This document shows, in pieces, positions 44,830-54,988 of a stretch of DNA of 64,000 nt. The notes under the pieces were generated by a model that searched no databases, was not told where the DNA came from, and was given only the letters and a program-made list of their open reading frames with translations. Position 1 is the first letter of the stretch. The number at the start of each line of letters is the position of its first letter. Both the position numbers and the translations under genes were made by a program. Source of the stretch: Myxococcota bacterium (GTDB lineage Bacteria; Myxococcota_A; Polyangia; Polyangiales; Houyiibacteriaceae); contig JBCCEA010000013.1 of NCBI GenBank assembly GCA_039030515.1, forward strand, positions 38,974 through 102,973. The letters are read 5' to 3'.

Positions 44830-45474
44830 CTAATCTCCAAGGCTCTCGGTCTTGATCTCACATACTCCATCGCCCGAACTCATCCATTGCTCCCGGGTCA
44901 GTCCGTAGACCACCGTAGAGCATCGGTTTCCCTCGGCATCGTAGTCGTCGCACTGAAAAACACCTTCTTGAAGCATCCCCGCCTTTTCGGCGGTACGTCG
45001 ACTGGCGAGATTGTTTTCGCTCGCGCGCCAGCTGAGACGCATCCAAGGCCATTGAGTGAACCCCCAAGCAAGCATTTCGCGCAGCACTCGGGTTCCAAGG
45101 CCCAAGCCCGCGCCGCTACTTCTTATCCACATGCCAATTTCAGCACTGCGTTTCGAGATGGGTCGCTTGCTCAGGTGAAATCCCGTGCCGCCGAGAACAC
45201 GTCTTTCGTCAGGCGAGAACACACCCAGCGCAAAATCCTCCGACAACAAGAAGTGAGCTCGGAACATACGCACCAGTTTTTCATTCTCGAGAGTCGTCTG
45301 GTCGGGACGTGCCCAGTGCATGAAGCGCTTCAGGTGCAAATAGGACGCGTTGCTTGCATCCTGCAATAGAGGACCGTCTCCCGGGCGCCAGCACCTCAGA
45401 ACAAATCCCTCGCATATTCGTCTTTCCGGAGGAAAAAACTCATCAATATTGAGATCTGGCTCAAGCATGGGCAC
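44830..45474 (-). CDS. GNAT-family N-acetyltransferase (RimJ/RimL type)
   Basis: AEIGMWI..SGAGLGLGT, NLASRRTAEKAGM..EG. Confidence 0.88.
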   Translation of the reverse strand: MPMLEPDLNIDEFFPPERRICEGFVLRCWRPGDGPLLQDASNASYLHLKRFMHWARPDQTTLENEKLVRMFRAHFLLSEDFALGVFSPDERRVLGGTGFHLSKRPISKRSAEIGMWIRSSGAGLGLGTRVLREMLAWGFTQWPWMRLSWRASENNLASRRTAEKAGMLQEGVFQCDDYDAEGNRCSTVVYGLTREQWMSSGDGVCEIKTESLGD

Positions 45475-45599
45475 ACTCTAAACGCTTCCTGGATTTCAAT
45501 GCCAGGTACTCGTTTCAACGTCCCCTTCGAAGACATTTCTTTTCTAACATTGTGCAAGCAACTTTGCTAAGACACTACCTCCCCGATAGAGTTCAAAAG

Positions 45600-46196
45600 A
45601 TGACAAAAACCGAACGTAAAGATGGACGTAACTTGAGGGCAGAACGCTCCCGCGCCGCTGTAGCCAATGCTGCACTCGATCTGATCCGAGCAGGGAATCC
45701 ACGGCCGACAGCAGCGGAGATCGCCGAAGAGGCAGGAGTTTCACTCAGACTGGTGTTTCATCACTACAAAGATGTGGATGCCCTCCGCGGGCGAGCGCTC
45801 GAGCTCCAATTCGCTCGAATAGAGCCGATGCTCGAGACCGCAGCCTCGATCGATCTGCCCCTTGAGAAAAGAATCAACACGCTCACCAAAGAGCGGATTT
45901 CCGTTTACGCTGAGATCGTAGACGTGCTCCACGTGGCGCACTCTATGGAGTTCACCGTCGAGGATATTCGAGTCAAGCTGCAGGAGATGCGAGAGGTCCT
46001 TCGTAAACAGGTTGCGTTGGTTTTTGCTCCTGAACTGTCGAAGTTTAAAGGGGTCGAGCGTCGCGAACGCACCACGGCCAGCCAGATCGCGATGAGCTTT
46101 ACGACGTGGGAGGCGCTCACCCTGCATGACGAATTGCCGGAACCGCGGGTGCTCAAGTCGATCCGCTGGATGGTGCGTCACGCGATCGAGGGGTGA
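45600..46196 (+). CDS. TetR/AcrR-family transcriptional regulator
   Basis: DGR..RAERSR...AALDLI...PTAAEIAEEAGVSLRLVFHHYKD HTH. Start set at ATG 45600. Confidence 0.92.
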   Translation: MTKTERKDGRNLRAERSRAAVANAALDLIRAGNPRPTAAEIAEEAGVSLRLVFHHYKDVDALRGRALELQFARIEPMLETAASIDLPLEKRINTLTKERISVYAEIVDVLHVAHSMEFTVEDIRVKLQEMREVLRKQVALVFAPELSKFKGVERRERTTASQIAMSFTTWEALTLHDELPEPRVLKSIRWMVRHAIEG

Positions 46197-46383
46197 AACG
46201 TTCCTTTTACGGCATGAATTTTGCGCTGGTGCCGCGTGCGTTCAGCCTTGCTTGGTGCACCCATGTTTCTGATCGAGCGCGTGAGGCTCTGGCTGCATTT
46301 ATAGATGGGCTGCATTTGTAGATTCACGCTCTCAAGCCAGCGTCCGGCGGACCAAATGGCCATTTCGATCTATGCTTCGTTTC

Positions 46384-47571
46384 ATGCTCTGCCCCAACTG
46401 CGGCAAGAATTCTCCAGCAGATGCAAGATTTTGCCATCACTGCGGAATCCCGCTGAGCCCTCCAAAGCAGGTTGAGGCCCGGGATTCTCAATCCGTTCGA
46501 GGGGGGCTAGACATTCCGTCCGGTTCTGAAGAGATGAGCGAGGCAGCGCCCACGCTTTTTTTTTCGAGAAACAGTCTTCAAGAGTCGATTAAAAATCCGG
46601 TCCAGGGGATGAACCAGGCGGTTCGGCAGGACGTTTTGTCTTTTTCCGGCCGAGCGCGTCCCGAGGGTGTGAGCGCAGACGAAGCTAGAACTACCCGGCC
46701 CTCCCAAAATCCATCTCGGCGCCACATACGCTCGCCCCAAATATCCTCGCGAGATGAGCCTCTGCGCCAAGCATCCCTATCTAGCCAGTGTTCGCAAGAC
46801 ACCCTGGCCAAGACCATGCTGCGGGTCGATTCGAGGTTGAAGCTGAACTCGACTCAGGGTGCTTCACAAGCTTCAAACTCAGTATTCGTTAGGGATTCTA
46901 AGGCTTTTGGTCACGGAAGCGACGTAGAGCATCGAGCGTGGCGAACACCCAGTCCAGATTGGCGAGGGCCATCAGAGGACTGGACACAGAGCTTACCTCC
47001 CGTCGATCCCGCAAAGAGTCTCGGGACTTGGCAGTGGGAATCTCCAGCCAAGGTTCGACCAGGCAGCTGGGCCCATGGACAGGAGGCATTCTGGATGCTC
47101 CTTGGGTTTGTGTTGCTCGCCTCACTCGTAGGCAGCGCATTTTACTATTGGGGTGTTCGTAGACCGGCTGAGCTTTCGGCTCGGGCAACGCCTCTGGATA
47201 CCGAGAGCGCTCCCATCGACGCACTGTTGCATCCATCCTCGGGAAACGGTGCTCCAGCGGTTCCAGCCGAATCAGAGATCGTTCGCCCGGAGCCTGCCGA
47301 GGACGTTCGTCGCAGGTATCTTGCCCAGGCGCGAACCCAACTCGAGGGTCTGGTGTACCCCTGCTTGACCGGAACGGGGCAGGAGACACGGCTCGAGCTT
47401 GTGCTCACCTCCGACGGTCGGGTATCCGAGGCACGATCGCTTCCCCCCAGCCTCTCTGATGCGGCGCCCAATGCGGTATCGGCTCACTGCGCGGCGCTGG
47501 CTGTTTCAGGCCAAGCGATCGGAGCTCCGCCCATCGGTCTCTCCCGTATCGTCCTCTCTTTTAGGCGTTGA
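46384..47571 (+). CDS. Zinc-ribbon domain membrane protein
   Basis: CPNCG...ARFCHHCG, low-complexity linker, single TM, small C-terminal domain with two Cys (TonB_C/AgmX-C-like by pattern only). Confidence 0.65.
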   Translation: MLCPNCGKNSPADARFCHHCGIPLSPPKQVEARDSQSVRGGLDIPSGSEEMSEAAPTLFFSRNSLQESIKNPVQGMNQAVRQDVLSFSGRARPEGVSADEARTTRPSQNPSRRHIRSPQISSRDEPLRQASLSSQCSQDTLAKTMLRVDSRLKLNSTQGASQASNSVFVRDSKAFGHGSDVEHRAWRTPSPDWRGPSEDWTQSLPPVDPAKSLGTWQWESPAKVRPGSWAHGQEAFWMLLGFVLLASLVGSAFYYWGVRRPAELSARATPLDTESAPIDALLHPSSGNGAPAVPAESEIVRPEPAEDVRRRYLAQARTQLEGLVYPCLTGTGQETRLELVLTSDGRVSEARSLPPSLSDAAPNAVSAHCAALAVSGQAIGAPPIGLSRIVLSFRR

Positions 47572-47686
47572 CTCCAGGCTCTCAAGGTTTTGCGGAGAGA
47601 GCGCCTCCAATCCAATTCGGTGCGACTGTCTAGATGTGGGCCCCCCCCACATCGCCCTCGAGCTTCGAGCACGTTCGCAGTCGGTT

Positions 47687-49051
47687 TTAGCTACGTCTCG
47701 TCAGAAGAATTGGCGCCCCACCAGAGGCGGATAGGGCGACGCTCGAACGTACCGTCCTAGGCTCATAGCCCTCCACAGCAAGAATCTTCCTTTCAGCCAA
47801 AATACTCTCGATAACTACCCGCATCTCAAATAAGGCGAGCGACATTCCGATGCATCTGCGTCCACCCAAACCGAACGGGATCCACGCGTAGGGGGGCGGC
47901 TTACGCTTCAGAAATCGGTCGGGGCGAAACCTATAGGGATCACTCCAGTGCGCGGCGTCGTGTTGCACCAGGTAGACGCTGGCAACGGCCACGGCTCCTG
48001 CCGGCAATTCGGTGGTTGCAATCGTGGTAGGTCGGACAAGCTTGCGGCCGACGCCCGCGACTACCGGATGCATGCGCAGGGTCTCTCGCACCAACGCGTC
48101 GATGTAGGCATCGTCGCTCGAGTCGTCACTGAAATCGCTTGAGGCATCATCCAACGAGCTGTTCTCAGACGACTTGACTGAAACACGCGCTCTTTCCTGC
48201 ATATCTTGGTGTTTGGCGAGCTCGAGAAGCGCCCAGCTGAGCGCATGCGCGGTGGTTTCGTGCCCGGCAAGGAGCATGGTGATGAGCTCTGATCGTATGC
48301 TTTCGTCGGAGAGTAGATGTCCGTCCTCGTCGGTTGCCGTCAGCAGTTGGGAGAGGATGTCTGGGCGTTCGTGATCCAGAGTTCGGCGATCGCGCCTCCT
48401 CGCTTGGATGACCTCACTTAGGGCTGCATGAAGTCTGTCCCTTTGCCTGCAGAACCTGCCCCAAGGAGACCATGCGCCAAGGTTGCGTTGGAACATCGGA
48501 AACAGCAGCCAGGGTGTTCCCAGCGTCTTCATGACCTCTTGACCCAGATGGGATACGAGGTCGTGTAGGTGTCCCGAGTCCAGACCAAAAATGACGTTTA
48601 GGATCACTTCAAACGTAATGTTTCGCGTGATCTCAATACCAGATGTTGGCTTTCCTTCGGGCACCTTCTCGAGCACTCGCTTGGTTATCGAGCTGATGGC
48701 GTTTCGATAGGCACTCATGCTTTCGGCTCGAAGTGGTTTCATCAAGGCGTGTCGCCGCGAAGCGTGGGGTGTTCCCTCCAGCAATAAGAGAGAGTCCTGA
48801 CCAACAATGGGCTCTAAGAAGGCGTTGACCGCCCCTCCAAGAGCCTGGTCCTTTGGCGCCGTGGCGATCCAGCGCACCTCTTCGGGCCGGTAGAAGAATA
48901 CGAAGGGCGGGAGTCCCGGGAGCCTTATGGTGAAACCGGAGCCGAACTGCTCGCCGCAGCTCCTAAAGAACTCCGTAGGCGATTTGACCCAGCGGTAGAG
49001 CTGAAACAACGAGGGTAGGGGAGGTCCCGCAGGAAGCTGCGTTTTTCGCAC
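47687..49051 (-). CDS. Cytochrome P450
   Basis: I-helix AGHETT, ExxR (ETLR), PDRF, heme motif FGLGGRRCIG. Confidence 0.95.
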   Translation of the reverse strand: MRKTQLPAGPPLPSLFQLYRWVKSPTEFFRSCGEQFGSGFTIRLPGLPPFVFFYRPEEVRWIATAPKDQALGGAVNAFLEPIVGQDSLLLLEGTPHASRRHALMKPLRAESMSAYRNAISSITKRVLEKVPEGKPTSGIEITRNITFEVILNVIFGLDSGHLHDLVSHLGQEVMKTLGTPWLLFPMFQRNLGAWSPWGRFCRQRDRLHAALSEVIQARRRDRRTLDHERPDILSQLLTATDEDGHLLSDESIRSELITMLLAGHETTAHALSWALLELAKHQDMQERARVSVKSSENSSLDDASSDFSDDSSDDAYIDALVRETLRMHPVVAGVGRKLVRPTTIATTELPAGAVAVASVYLVQHDAAHWSDPYRFRPDRFLKRKPPPYAWIPFGLGGRRCIGMSLALFEMRVVIESILAERKILAVEGYEPRTVRSSVALSASGGAPILLTRRS

Positions 49052-49298
49052 GTCGAGTGCGTAGCGGATGGAAGAGGCACCGCAAGGGGCGCCTGCCAGA
49101 TGCCGTAGCCTCCCTGCGCATAGGCGAATTTGACTGACCTCCAGACTTGCTGGGCGCTTGGCAGTATTGCTGCCCGCAGTCAGTTCCGGGCCAATCGAAT
49201 CATTTCAAAATAGTGAAGTGGAGTGTCGCCTTGCACACTTACGCACGGCGTACACAATTTGATTCATATTTTAAACGTAGTGGCTCTCGCTGAAAGTA

Positions 49299-49895
49299 GT
49301 GGCTCCGATGACTTGGACTTCCTTACGCTCGAATACTGAGCGCGATGATCGATCTGCCGTAGACCCAGGTTTCTGGTGTTGCATCGGTTCACTGGTCTTG
49401 GTGCTTTGGGTAAGCGGCTGCGCGAATAGTTCGGGTTCGTCGATAGAAAACGAAACGCTTTCGGATGCAGGTAATTCGGCGGACGCGGCTTCCGGCCAGG
49501 ATGCAGGAGACGCGGCTTCCGGTCAGGATGCAGGAGACGCGGCTGTAGATTCTGGGCAAGTCTCCGAGCAGTGCGATCCCACCCCGGATGGTGCGTTGCC
49601 CAATCTGAGCTGCCGCTCGGGATGTCAAGAGGTCCTCGGAGCGGTGTACACGCCGGGAACCAACTGCGTTAATTTTTTCCAAGATCGCGCTATCGGATGC
49701 TCCGACTCTCAAGTGAAAAGCGACGACACCGCGCTCTTGTGCGCTCCAGGTGAACAAAGCGCAGTGGCCGCCCCGCTGGATTACGTGCCGAATCTTGAGG
49801 CGGAAGGGTACGTGGTCTTCACTTTCGAAGATTTTTCGGATCCCGGCCTCGACGTCCCCTGCGCTGTTTGGTTCTTTCAACTCGCATGCGATTGA
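49299..49895 (+). CDS. Putative Cys-rich lipoprotein with DAASGQDAG repeats
   Basis: Hydrophobic stretch and lipobox VSGC. 27-bp repeat at ~49482-49544. Several Cys in the mature part. Confidence 0.55.
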   Translation: MAPMTWTSLRSNTERDDRSAVDPGFWCCIGSLVLVLWVSGCANSSGSSIENETLSDAGNSADAASGQDAGDAASGQDAGDAAVDSGQVSEQCDPTPDGALPNLSCRSGCQEVLGAVYTPGTNCVNFFQDRAIGCSDSQVKSDDTALLCAPGEQSAVAAPLDYVPNLEAEGYVVFTFEDFSDPGLDVPCAVWFFQLACD

Positions 49896-49930
49896 CCACG
49901 GCGCCCTGCCGAGATTGACAACCAAGACGG

Positions 49931-49994
49931 GTGGCTACCCGAAGACGTGGCTACCCGAAGACGTGGCCACCCGAAGACGTGGTTACCCGAAAAC
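49931..49994. repeat. Intergenic 16-bp tandem repeat, 4 copies
   Basis: GTGGCTACCCGAAGAC x2, GTGGCCACCCGAAGAC, GTGGTTACCCGAAAAC, directly abutting. Confidence 0.9.
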
Positions 49995-50103
49995 ACTGCG
50001 ATGAACGACGGCAGGCTTCACAGTTATCGTCTCTTAGGCCCTGCGCAGCGCAGTTGAAGGCGGCACCCGGTTCGGCAAGAGCCGGGATAAGCCCAGCAGA
50101 ACG

Positions 50104-50451
50104 CTACGCTAGCTGCACAGGTCCGTGATCGTCGCAGTGATCGCCGTGGGGGTGATGCAGATGACCGTCCACCAGGTAGTCGATGTGGTCTCCGTGAGGA
50201 ACAGCCGGATGACCGCATCCAGGCCCGTGGACATGATCCGCATCGTGTTGGCCACAGCTGTGATTTGGCGTGCAGATATCTGGATTTGCTTCGGATACCG
50301 CGAAGTGATGCTCCTCGACATGTCCATCACACGGATGATGTAAATGGCCATCATGCAGGTAGTCGATGTGTCCCTCATGGATCACTGCCTGGTGTCCGCA
50401 GTTCGGACCGTGGACGTGGTCATGCTCGCCTTCGTGAATTGTTTTTGTCAC
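50104..50451 (-). CDS. Small His/Cys-rich putative metal-binding protein
   Basis: 27 His and 6 Cys in 115 aa. Two copies of HxHGPxCGHxAVxHxxHIDYLxDGHLHH. AAGGAG RBS before the GTG start. Confidence 0.85.
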   Translation of the reverse strand: MTKTIHEGEHDHVHGPNCGHQAVIHEGHIDYLHDGHLHHPCDGHVEEHHFAVSEANPDICTPNHSCGQHDADHVHGPGCGHPAVPHGDHIDYLVDGHLHHPHGDHCDDHGPVQLA

Positions 50452-50605
50452 TGCAGGTCTCCTTTAAACGATTCATCGAATGTTGAATTGTTAAATTATT
50501 TCTGTCAACCATCTCCGTTTCCGGCCCGCTCGGTTTCGGTTGGGCCCCATGGCCCAAGGCTGCTGGTCGATCTGCCGGGAATTAGCAGATGACGAACCGC
50601 TCTAG

Positions 50606-50622
50606 ACGCAACTTGATTGCAT
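50606..50622. promoter_or_regulatory. Putative Zur/Fur-family operator
   Basis: acGCAACttgATTGCAt palindrome between the divergent His-rich gene and the lipoprotein gene. Confidence 0.5.
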
Positions 50623-50739
50623 TTTAGACAGCCACTGCTAGAGCGTCGCGCCCAGTCCAAGGATCCCCGGTCGGTCTTCTGAGATCGCTGGGACAGAGTC
50701 CCGAGTCGGGCGTGCTTGGATGTATTTTTTGTCGGAGAG

Positions 50740-51783
50740 ATGATGACGAACAGAAGAATAGCCTTGCTGGCCCTCATAGGAGTAGCCGCATTCACGGTAG
50801 CGGGTTGTAGCGACGATGATTCAACGGGTTCGGTGAGCGTCCTTTTGGAGTCGGAAGACACGATTCTGTCGGGCTTGGATGCAGGGACCGAAGGAGAACA
50901 GATTCAGGACGGATGGAACGTCAGATTTGACTCGTTCATCATTTCGGTCGGGGATGTCGCGATGACCTTTTCGAACAACGAGTCCACCACCGCAGATGCC
51001 CACGACGTCTTTGTGATCGACTTAACGGACGTTCCGGCGAATGGAATCGCGCTCTGGGATCTGAACGACCTTCGCGTCGGACGATGGGAATTTGGCTATG
51101 CCGTCGAAGCCGCGACCGCCGATGCGATCCAAGACCCCAGCGTTTCCAAGGAAGACTACAACCGCATGGTCGACGAGGATCTCAGCTACCTGATTCGAGG
51201 AACGCTTACGCAGACTGGCGGCGAGTCCTGTCCTCCGGAGGCGAGCACCACCACAAATCAAACCCCCAACGGCAATGTGGGGCCGGATGGAGACGCCTGT
51301 TACGACAACGCCTCGGTGGAGTTCGAGCTCGCGGTTCCGGTCGACACGGTCTACGGGCCTTGCGAGATCGATGAGGTTCCTGGCGTTTCGGTCACCGAGG
51401 GAACGCCGCGAACGGTAGCCGCGTCGATACATGGGGATCACATCTTTTTCAATGGATTTCCTGAGGGTGACGAGAGCGGCGTGACGCGACTGGCGCAATG
51501 GTTGGCAGACTCAGACCTCAACGTGGACGGCACCGTCGAGGAGCAAGAGCTCCGCAACCTTGCACCGTCCGATCTCGCAGAGCTGGACCCGGCAGTCTAC
51601 GCTTTGGGAGGCTCCCCAATCCAGCCCCTAGAAAACATGTGGGACTATGTACAAGCGCAACTCAAGACCCAGGGACACTTCCAGGGTGAAGGAGAGTGCG
51701 CTATCGACGGGGTAGAGCATCATCACGACGACGACGAGGACGAGCACGACGACGACGAGGACAAGCACGACGAGGACGAGTAA
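50740..51783 (+). CDS. Acidic lipoprotein with His/Asp-rich C-terminal tail (putative metal-uptake accessory)
   Basis: Lipobox VAGC, HGDH and GHFQGEGEC motifs, tail HHHDDDEDEHDDDEDKHDEDE. Start set at ATG 50740 (GGAG RBS). Confidence 0.75.
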   Translation: MMTNRRIALLALIGVAAFTVAGCSDDDSTGSVSVLLESEDTILSGLDAGTEGEQIQDGWNVRFDSFIISVGDVAMTFSNNESTTADAHDVFVIDLTDVPANGIALWDLNDLRVGRWEFGYAVEAATADAIQDPSVSKEDYNRMVDEDLSYLIRGTLTQTGGESCPPEASTTTNQTPNGNVGPDGDACYDNASVEFELAVPVDTVYGPCEIDEVPGVSVTEGTPRTVAASIHGDHIFFNGFPEGDESGVTRLAQWLADSDLNVDGTVEEQELRNLAPSDLAELDPAVYALGGSPIQPLENMWDYVQAQLKTQGHFQGEGECAIDGVEHHHDDDEDEHDDDEDKHDEDE

Positions 51784-51852
51784 GCGCTACTGCCGAGCAG
51801 GTCGTGGTCGTAGCCATCTGCTCAACAATCTAGTTGCCCTCATAGGCATAAG

Positions 51853-51894
51853 AAAGCCCGGAAGAGCATCGAAGCTCCTTCGGGCTTTTTGTTT
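51853..51894. terminator. Probable bidirectional intrinsic terminator
   Basis: AAAGCCCGgaaGAGC-atcgaa-GCTCcttCGGGCTTT hairpin followed by TTGTTT, between the convergent lipoprotein and lon genes. Confidence 0.75.
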
Positions 51895-51918
51895 GGCTGA
51901 GTGGATTTTTTGGTCGAC

Positions 51919-54327
51919 CTAGTTTCGACTCCGGTGATCCGTTTCGCCTCTGGGATATTTTGTATCAGCGTTCGGAGAAGTTCGCGTTTCGAACGCCGCA
52001 TCTTGTTCCACTCGATCGGTCTCCAAGGCGGCATTCAACACTTCGTGCATGTCCGAGGCGAAAATAACTTCAATATCCGTCTGAACCGAACCCGGAACCT
52101 CTTCGAGATCAGCCTCATTTCTAGCCGGCAGGATTACCCTCTCGAAACCAGCTCGATGCGCCGCCAGAACCTTCTCCTTGATGCCTCCCACCGGCAGCAC
52201 GCGCCCTCGCAATGTGGCCTCGCCAGTCATCGCCGTATCGCTCCTCGAGCGTCGTCCGCTGAACAGTGAGGCCAGCGCGGTGAACATGGTGACTCCGGCA
52301 GACGGTCCGTCTTTCGGCACCGCTCCTGCAGGTACATGGATGTGGAGGTCGCTCTCCTCGAAGACCGAGGGATCTACACCGAGTGAGCGCGCATGGGTTC
52401 GAAGATAGGCCAGTGCGGCGCGTGCGGATTCGCGCATCACCTCACCTAGCTGGCCTGTGATCTCGACCTTACCCGTACCTTTCATACGTGTGGTCTCGAC
52501 ATAGAGCACCTCGCCACCGACCGGAGTCCAGGCAAGACCAGATGCGATTCCCGGCACGAATGTTGACTCTGCTCGGTCATCGAGAAACTTGGGGCGGCCG
52601 AGGGTTTCACGAAGACGCGCTTCGTCGAGGGTCACAGCGCCTTCCTTCTTTGTTCCCCGAGCCACGCTCAGTGCGATAGCGCGGCAGATCTTGGCAACCT
52701 CTCTGCTTAGCTGACGAACGCCGGCCTCTCTGGTGTAGTCCCGCACGATCGTACCGATCATCGACTCACCGATGCTGAGGGCGCGTGCATCAAGGCCGTG
52801 ACGAAGAAGTTGTTTTTCGATCAAAAAGTCTTGAGCTATCGCCACCTTCTCCTGGGTGGTGTACCCGGAGATTTCGATGATCTCGAGCCGATCTCTCAGA
52901 GGAGTGGACAGCCTGGAGAGCTCGTTGGCTGTCGCCAGGAACATGACTTCGGACAGGTCGAAAGGGTGCTCCAGGTAGTGGTCTGTGAAGTTTGCGTTTT
53001 GTTCGGGGTCAAGGGCCTCCAATAGTGCGGACTCCGGATCTCCACGAAAGTCTCTGCCGAGCTTGTCGATTTCATCGAGAACGATGACCGGGTTTTTCAC
53101 CTTGGACTTCCTCAGCGCGGCGAGTATCCGGCCAGGCAGCGACCCCACGTAGGTTCGGCGATGTCCGCGTATTTCCGCCTCGTCCCGTACGCCTCCCAGG
53201 CTTATCCGCTGGAGTGGTCGGCCGGTTGCCTCAGCGACAGACTGCGCGAGAGAGGTCTTGCCGACGCCTGGAGGCCCGGAGAGGCAGAGGATCGTTCCTC
53301 GCGCTTCTCCCCCCAACTTGAGCACCGCCATGTGCTCCAAAATCCGCCGTTTGACCGAATCGAGGCCGTGATGATCCGCTTCAAGCCGGGCAGAGACCTC
53401 CTCGAGGTCAAATCTCGCTTCCGCCCGTGCCTGCCAAGGTAGGTCTGCGATCAGCTCTAAGTAATTTCGGATGACGCCGGCTTCCGCGTGTCCAGCCGGC
53501 ATTCCCCTGAGTCGTTTGAACTCCCTATCCACCGATTTGCGCAGGTCCTCAGAGAGCTCAGCCCTCTGTAGACGGTCATTCAGTGAATCTAATTCATCGG
53601 TGGGTTCTTCGTCGCCGAGTTCCTTTTGGATCGCTCTGAGCTGCTGCCGGAGCATCGCCTCCTTCTGAGACTGGGTCAGCTCACGTCGCACCTCTGAATC
53701 GACCCGCTCTTTCAGTTCGGCTCGCGTTTTGGCTTTCGCAAGCAGGTCGACGACCTTGCGGAGTCGCTCTTCCACGTCGAGTTCCAAGAGGATCGGGAGT
53801 TTGTCTTCCGCACTGAGCGCGAGACCTGAAGTGATTTTATCCGCCACCGCACCTGGATGCCTGGTCTTCTCGAGGTTGCGCTTGAGTGCGTCTTCATTGG
53901 GCGTGAGCTGCTTGACTCGGTTCTTCAAACTTTCCGCGAGCGCTTTTGCCTCCTCGGTTTCTGCATTCGAGGATTCGATGAGCGTTCCGTGCACTTTCCA
54001 AAAAGGTGCACTTTGAACGAGTGAGGTGGGATGAAAACGCTGCAGGGTTTCCGCTGTAAGGAGTACGCCGCGTCGACCCCGTTGAACGACCTCTTTGACC
54101 CGAGCTAGAACAGCCGTTTCGTGTAGATCCGCGAGCGATGGATCGTCGACCTTGCTGTCCTTTTGAATACCGATTCCCAGAATGTCCCCGGAACTCAGCG
54201 AGTTTGCGAGGGTAACCGAGCGCTCGCGACCTATCGGGATGGTCGTGATGTTGCCCGGAAGTGCCACTCCAACCCTCAATGGCAAAAAGCCTATAGGCCA
54301 GTCTATTTCAAGGTGCGCGTCGCCCAT
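51919..54327 (-). CDS. lon: Lon protease (endopeptidase La)
   Basis: Lon N-domain, GPPGVGKT, EIRGHRRTYVG, LDEIDK, catalytic PKDGPSAG and GGIKEK. Confidence 0.96.
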   Translation of the reverse strand: MGDAHLEIDWPIGFLPLRVGVALPGNITTIPIGRERSVTLANSLSSGDILGIGIQKDSKVDDPSLADLHETAVLARVKEVVQRGRRGVLLTAETLQRFHPTSLVQSAPFWKVHGTLIESSNAETEEAKALAESLKNRVKQLTPNEDALKRNLEKTRHPGAVADKITSGLALSAEDKLPILLELDVEERLRKVVDLLAKAKTRAELKERVDSEVRRELTQSQKEAMLRQQLRAIQKELGDEEPTDELDSLNDRLQRAELSEDLRKSVDREFKRLRGMPAGHAEAGVIRNYLELIADLPWQARAEARFDLEEVSARLEADHHGLDSVKRRILEHMAVLKLGGEARGTILCLSGPPGVGKTSLAQSVAEATGRPLQRISLGGVRDEAEIRGHRRTYVGSLPGRILAALRKSKVKNPVIVLDEIDKLGRDFRGDPESALLEALDPEQNANFTDHYLEHPFDLSEVMFLATANELSRLSTPLRDRLEIIEISGYTTQEKVAIAQDFLIEKQLLRHGLDARALSIGESMIGTIVRDYTREAGVRQLSREVAKICRAIALSVARGTKKEGAVTLDEARLRETLGRPKFLDDRAESTFVPGIASGLAWTPVGGEVLYVETTRMKGTGKVEITGQLGEVMRESARAALAYLRTHARSLGVDPSVFEESDLHIHVPAGAVPKDGPSAGVTMFTALASLFSGRRSRSDTAMTGEATLRGRVLPVGGIKEKVLAAHRAGFERVILPARNEADLEEVPGSVQTDIEVIFASDMHEVLNAALETDRVEQDAAFETRTSPNADTKYPRGETDHRSRN

Positions 54328-54496
54328 GCATCATCCTTCTCGGTGTGCGTCTCAGAAGAACGTAAGGTCGACAGGAGCCTCGTCAACACCGGCGGCAAGA
54401 ACCCTTGGGCTGAGTTCTGATCTAAAGATTACTGCTCTCTAGTCCGACTGCATTGTTGTGCGGCGCAAGGAAGTGCCGCTTGGACGCTAGGACGGC

Positions 54497-54859
54497 GTGA
54501 AGGATAGCTGTATGTTCGGTGGTTCGAATGCCGTCGTTCACCTCATCCACGACCGTCGCGAGTATCCGCGAATCGTGGTGTGTGGACCTGCGGCGCTGAG
54601 AAGATTGGGTGATGTGGAGCGACTGTACCATATGGTCGATCTCTCGATCTGCGGCGTGCAAATTCAGGGAAATGGCGACCTCGAATTGGGAGAAGGCGTC
54701 CATATAGGTATAGGTATCGTTCCTGAACCGATAGAGATGCAGGCCCGGGTGGCCCGATCTGCAGGGGACTGCCTATGGGGGTTGGCTTTTGAAGGGGGGT
54801 CGACCTTCGCGCTATCGCTCGCCATCGAGCGATACATTCATCGCAATGCCTGGCGTTAG
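54497..54859 (+). CDS. Single-domain PilZ protein (c-di-GMP receptor)
   Basis: RREYPR (RxxxR) and DLSICG (DxSxxG) motifs, followed by ARVAR...GLAF. Confidence 0.75.
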   Translation: MKDSCMFGGSNAVVHLIHDRREYPRIVVCGPAALRRLGDVERLYHMVDLSICGVQIQGNGDLELGEGVHIGIGIVPEPIEMQARVARSAGDCLWGLAFEGGSTFALSLAIERYIHRNAWR

Positions 54860-54988
54860 CCCCCCGAGTGCGCTGTCCTCGCGAATGTTCTCTGCCCGAC
54901 AGGCAACGTCAATTACGCTACCGACCGACCCAATTTCTGTTCAGCCTGCGGGATTCTGGAGACAATCGCTTTCGGGGCAAGATCGCTC

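Noticed and set aside
49931..49994. Mini-CRISPR
   Set aside because: The 16-bp units abut directly with no spacers.
50570..50700. Cobalamin riboswitch (GGGAA ... GCCACTG seen)
   Set aside because: The following GGGAAG and B12-box elements are not recognisable. A covariance-model search would be needed.
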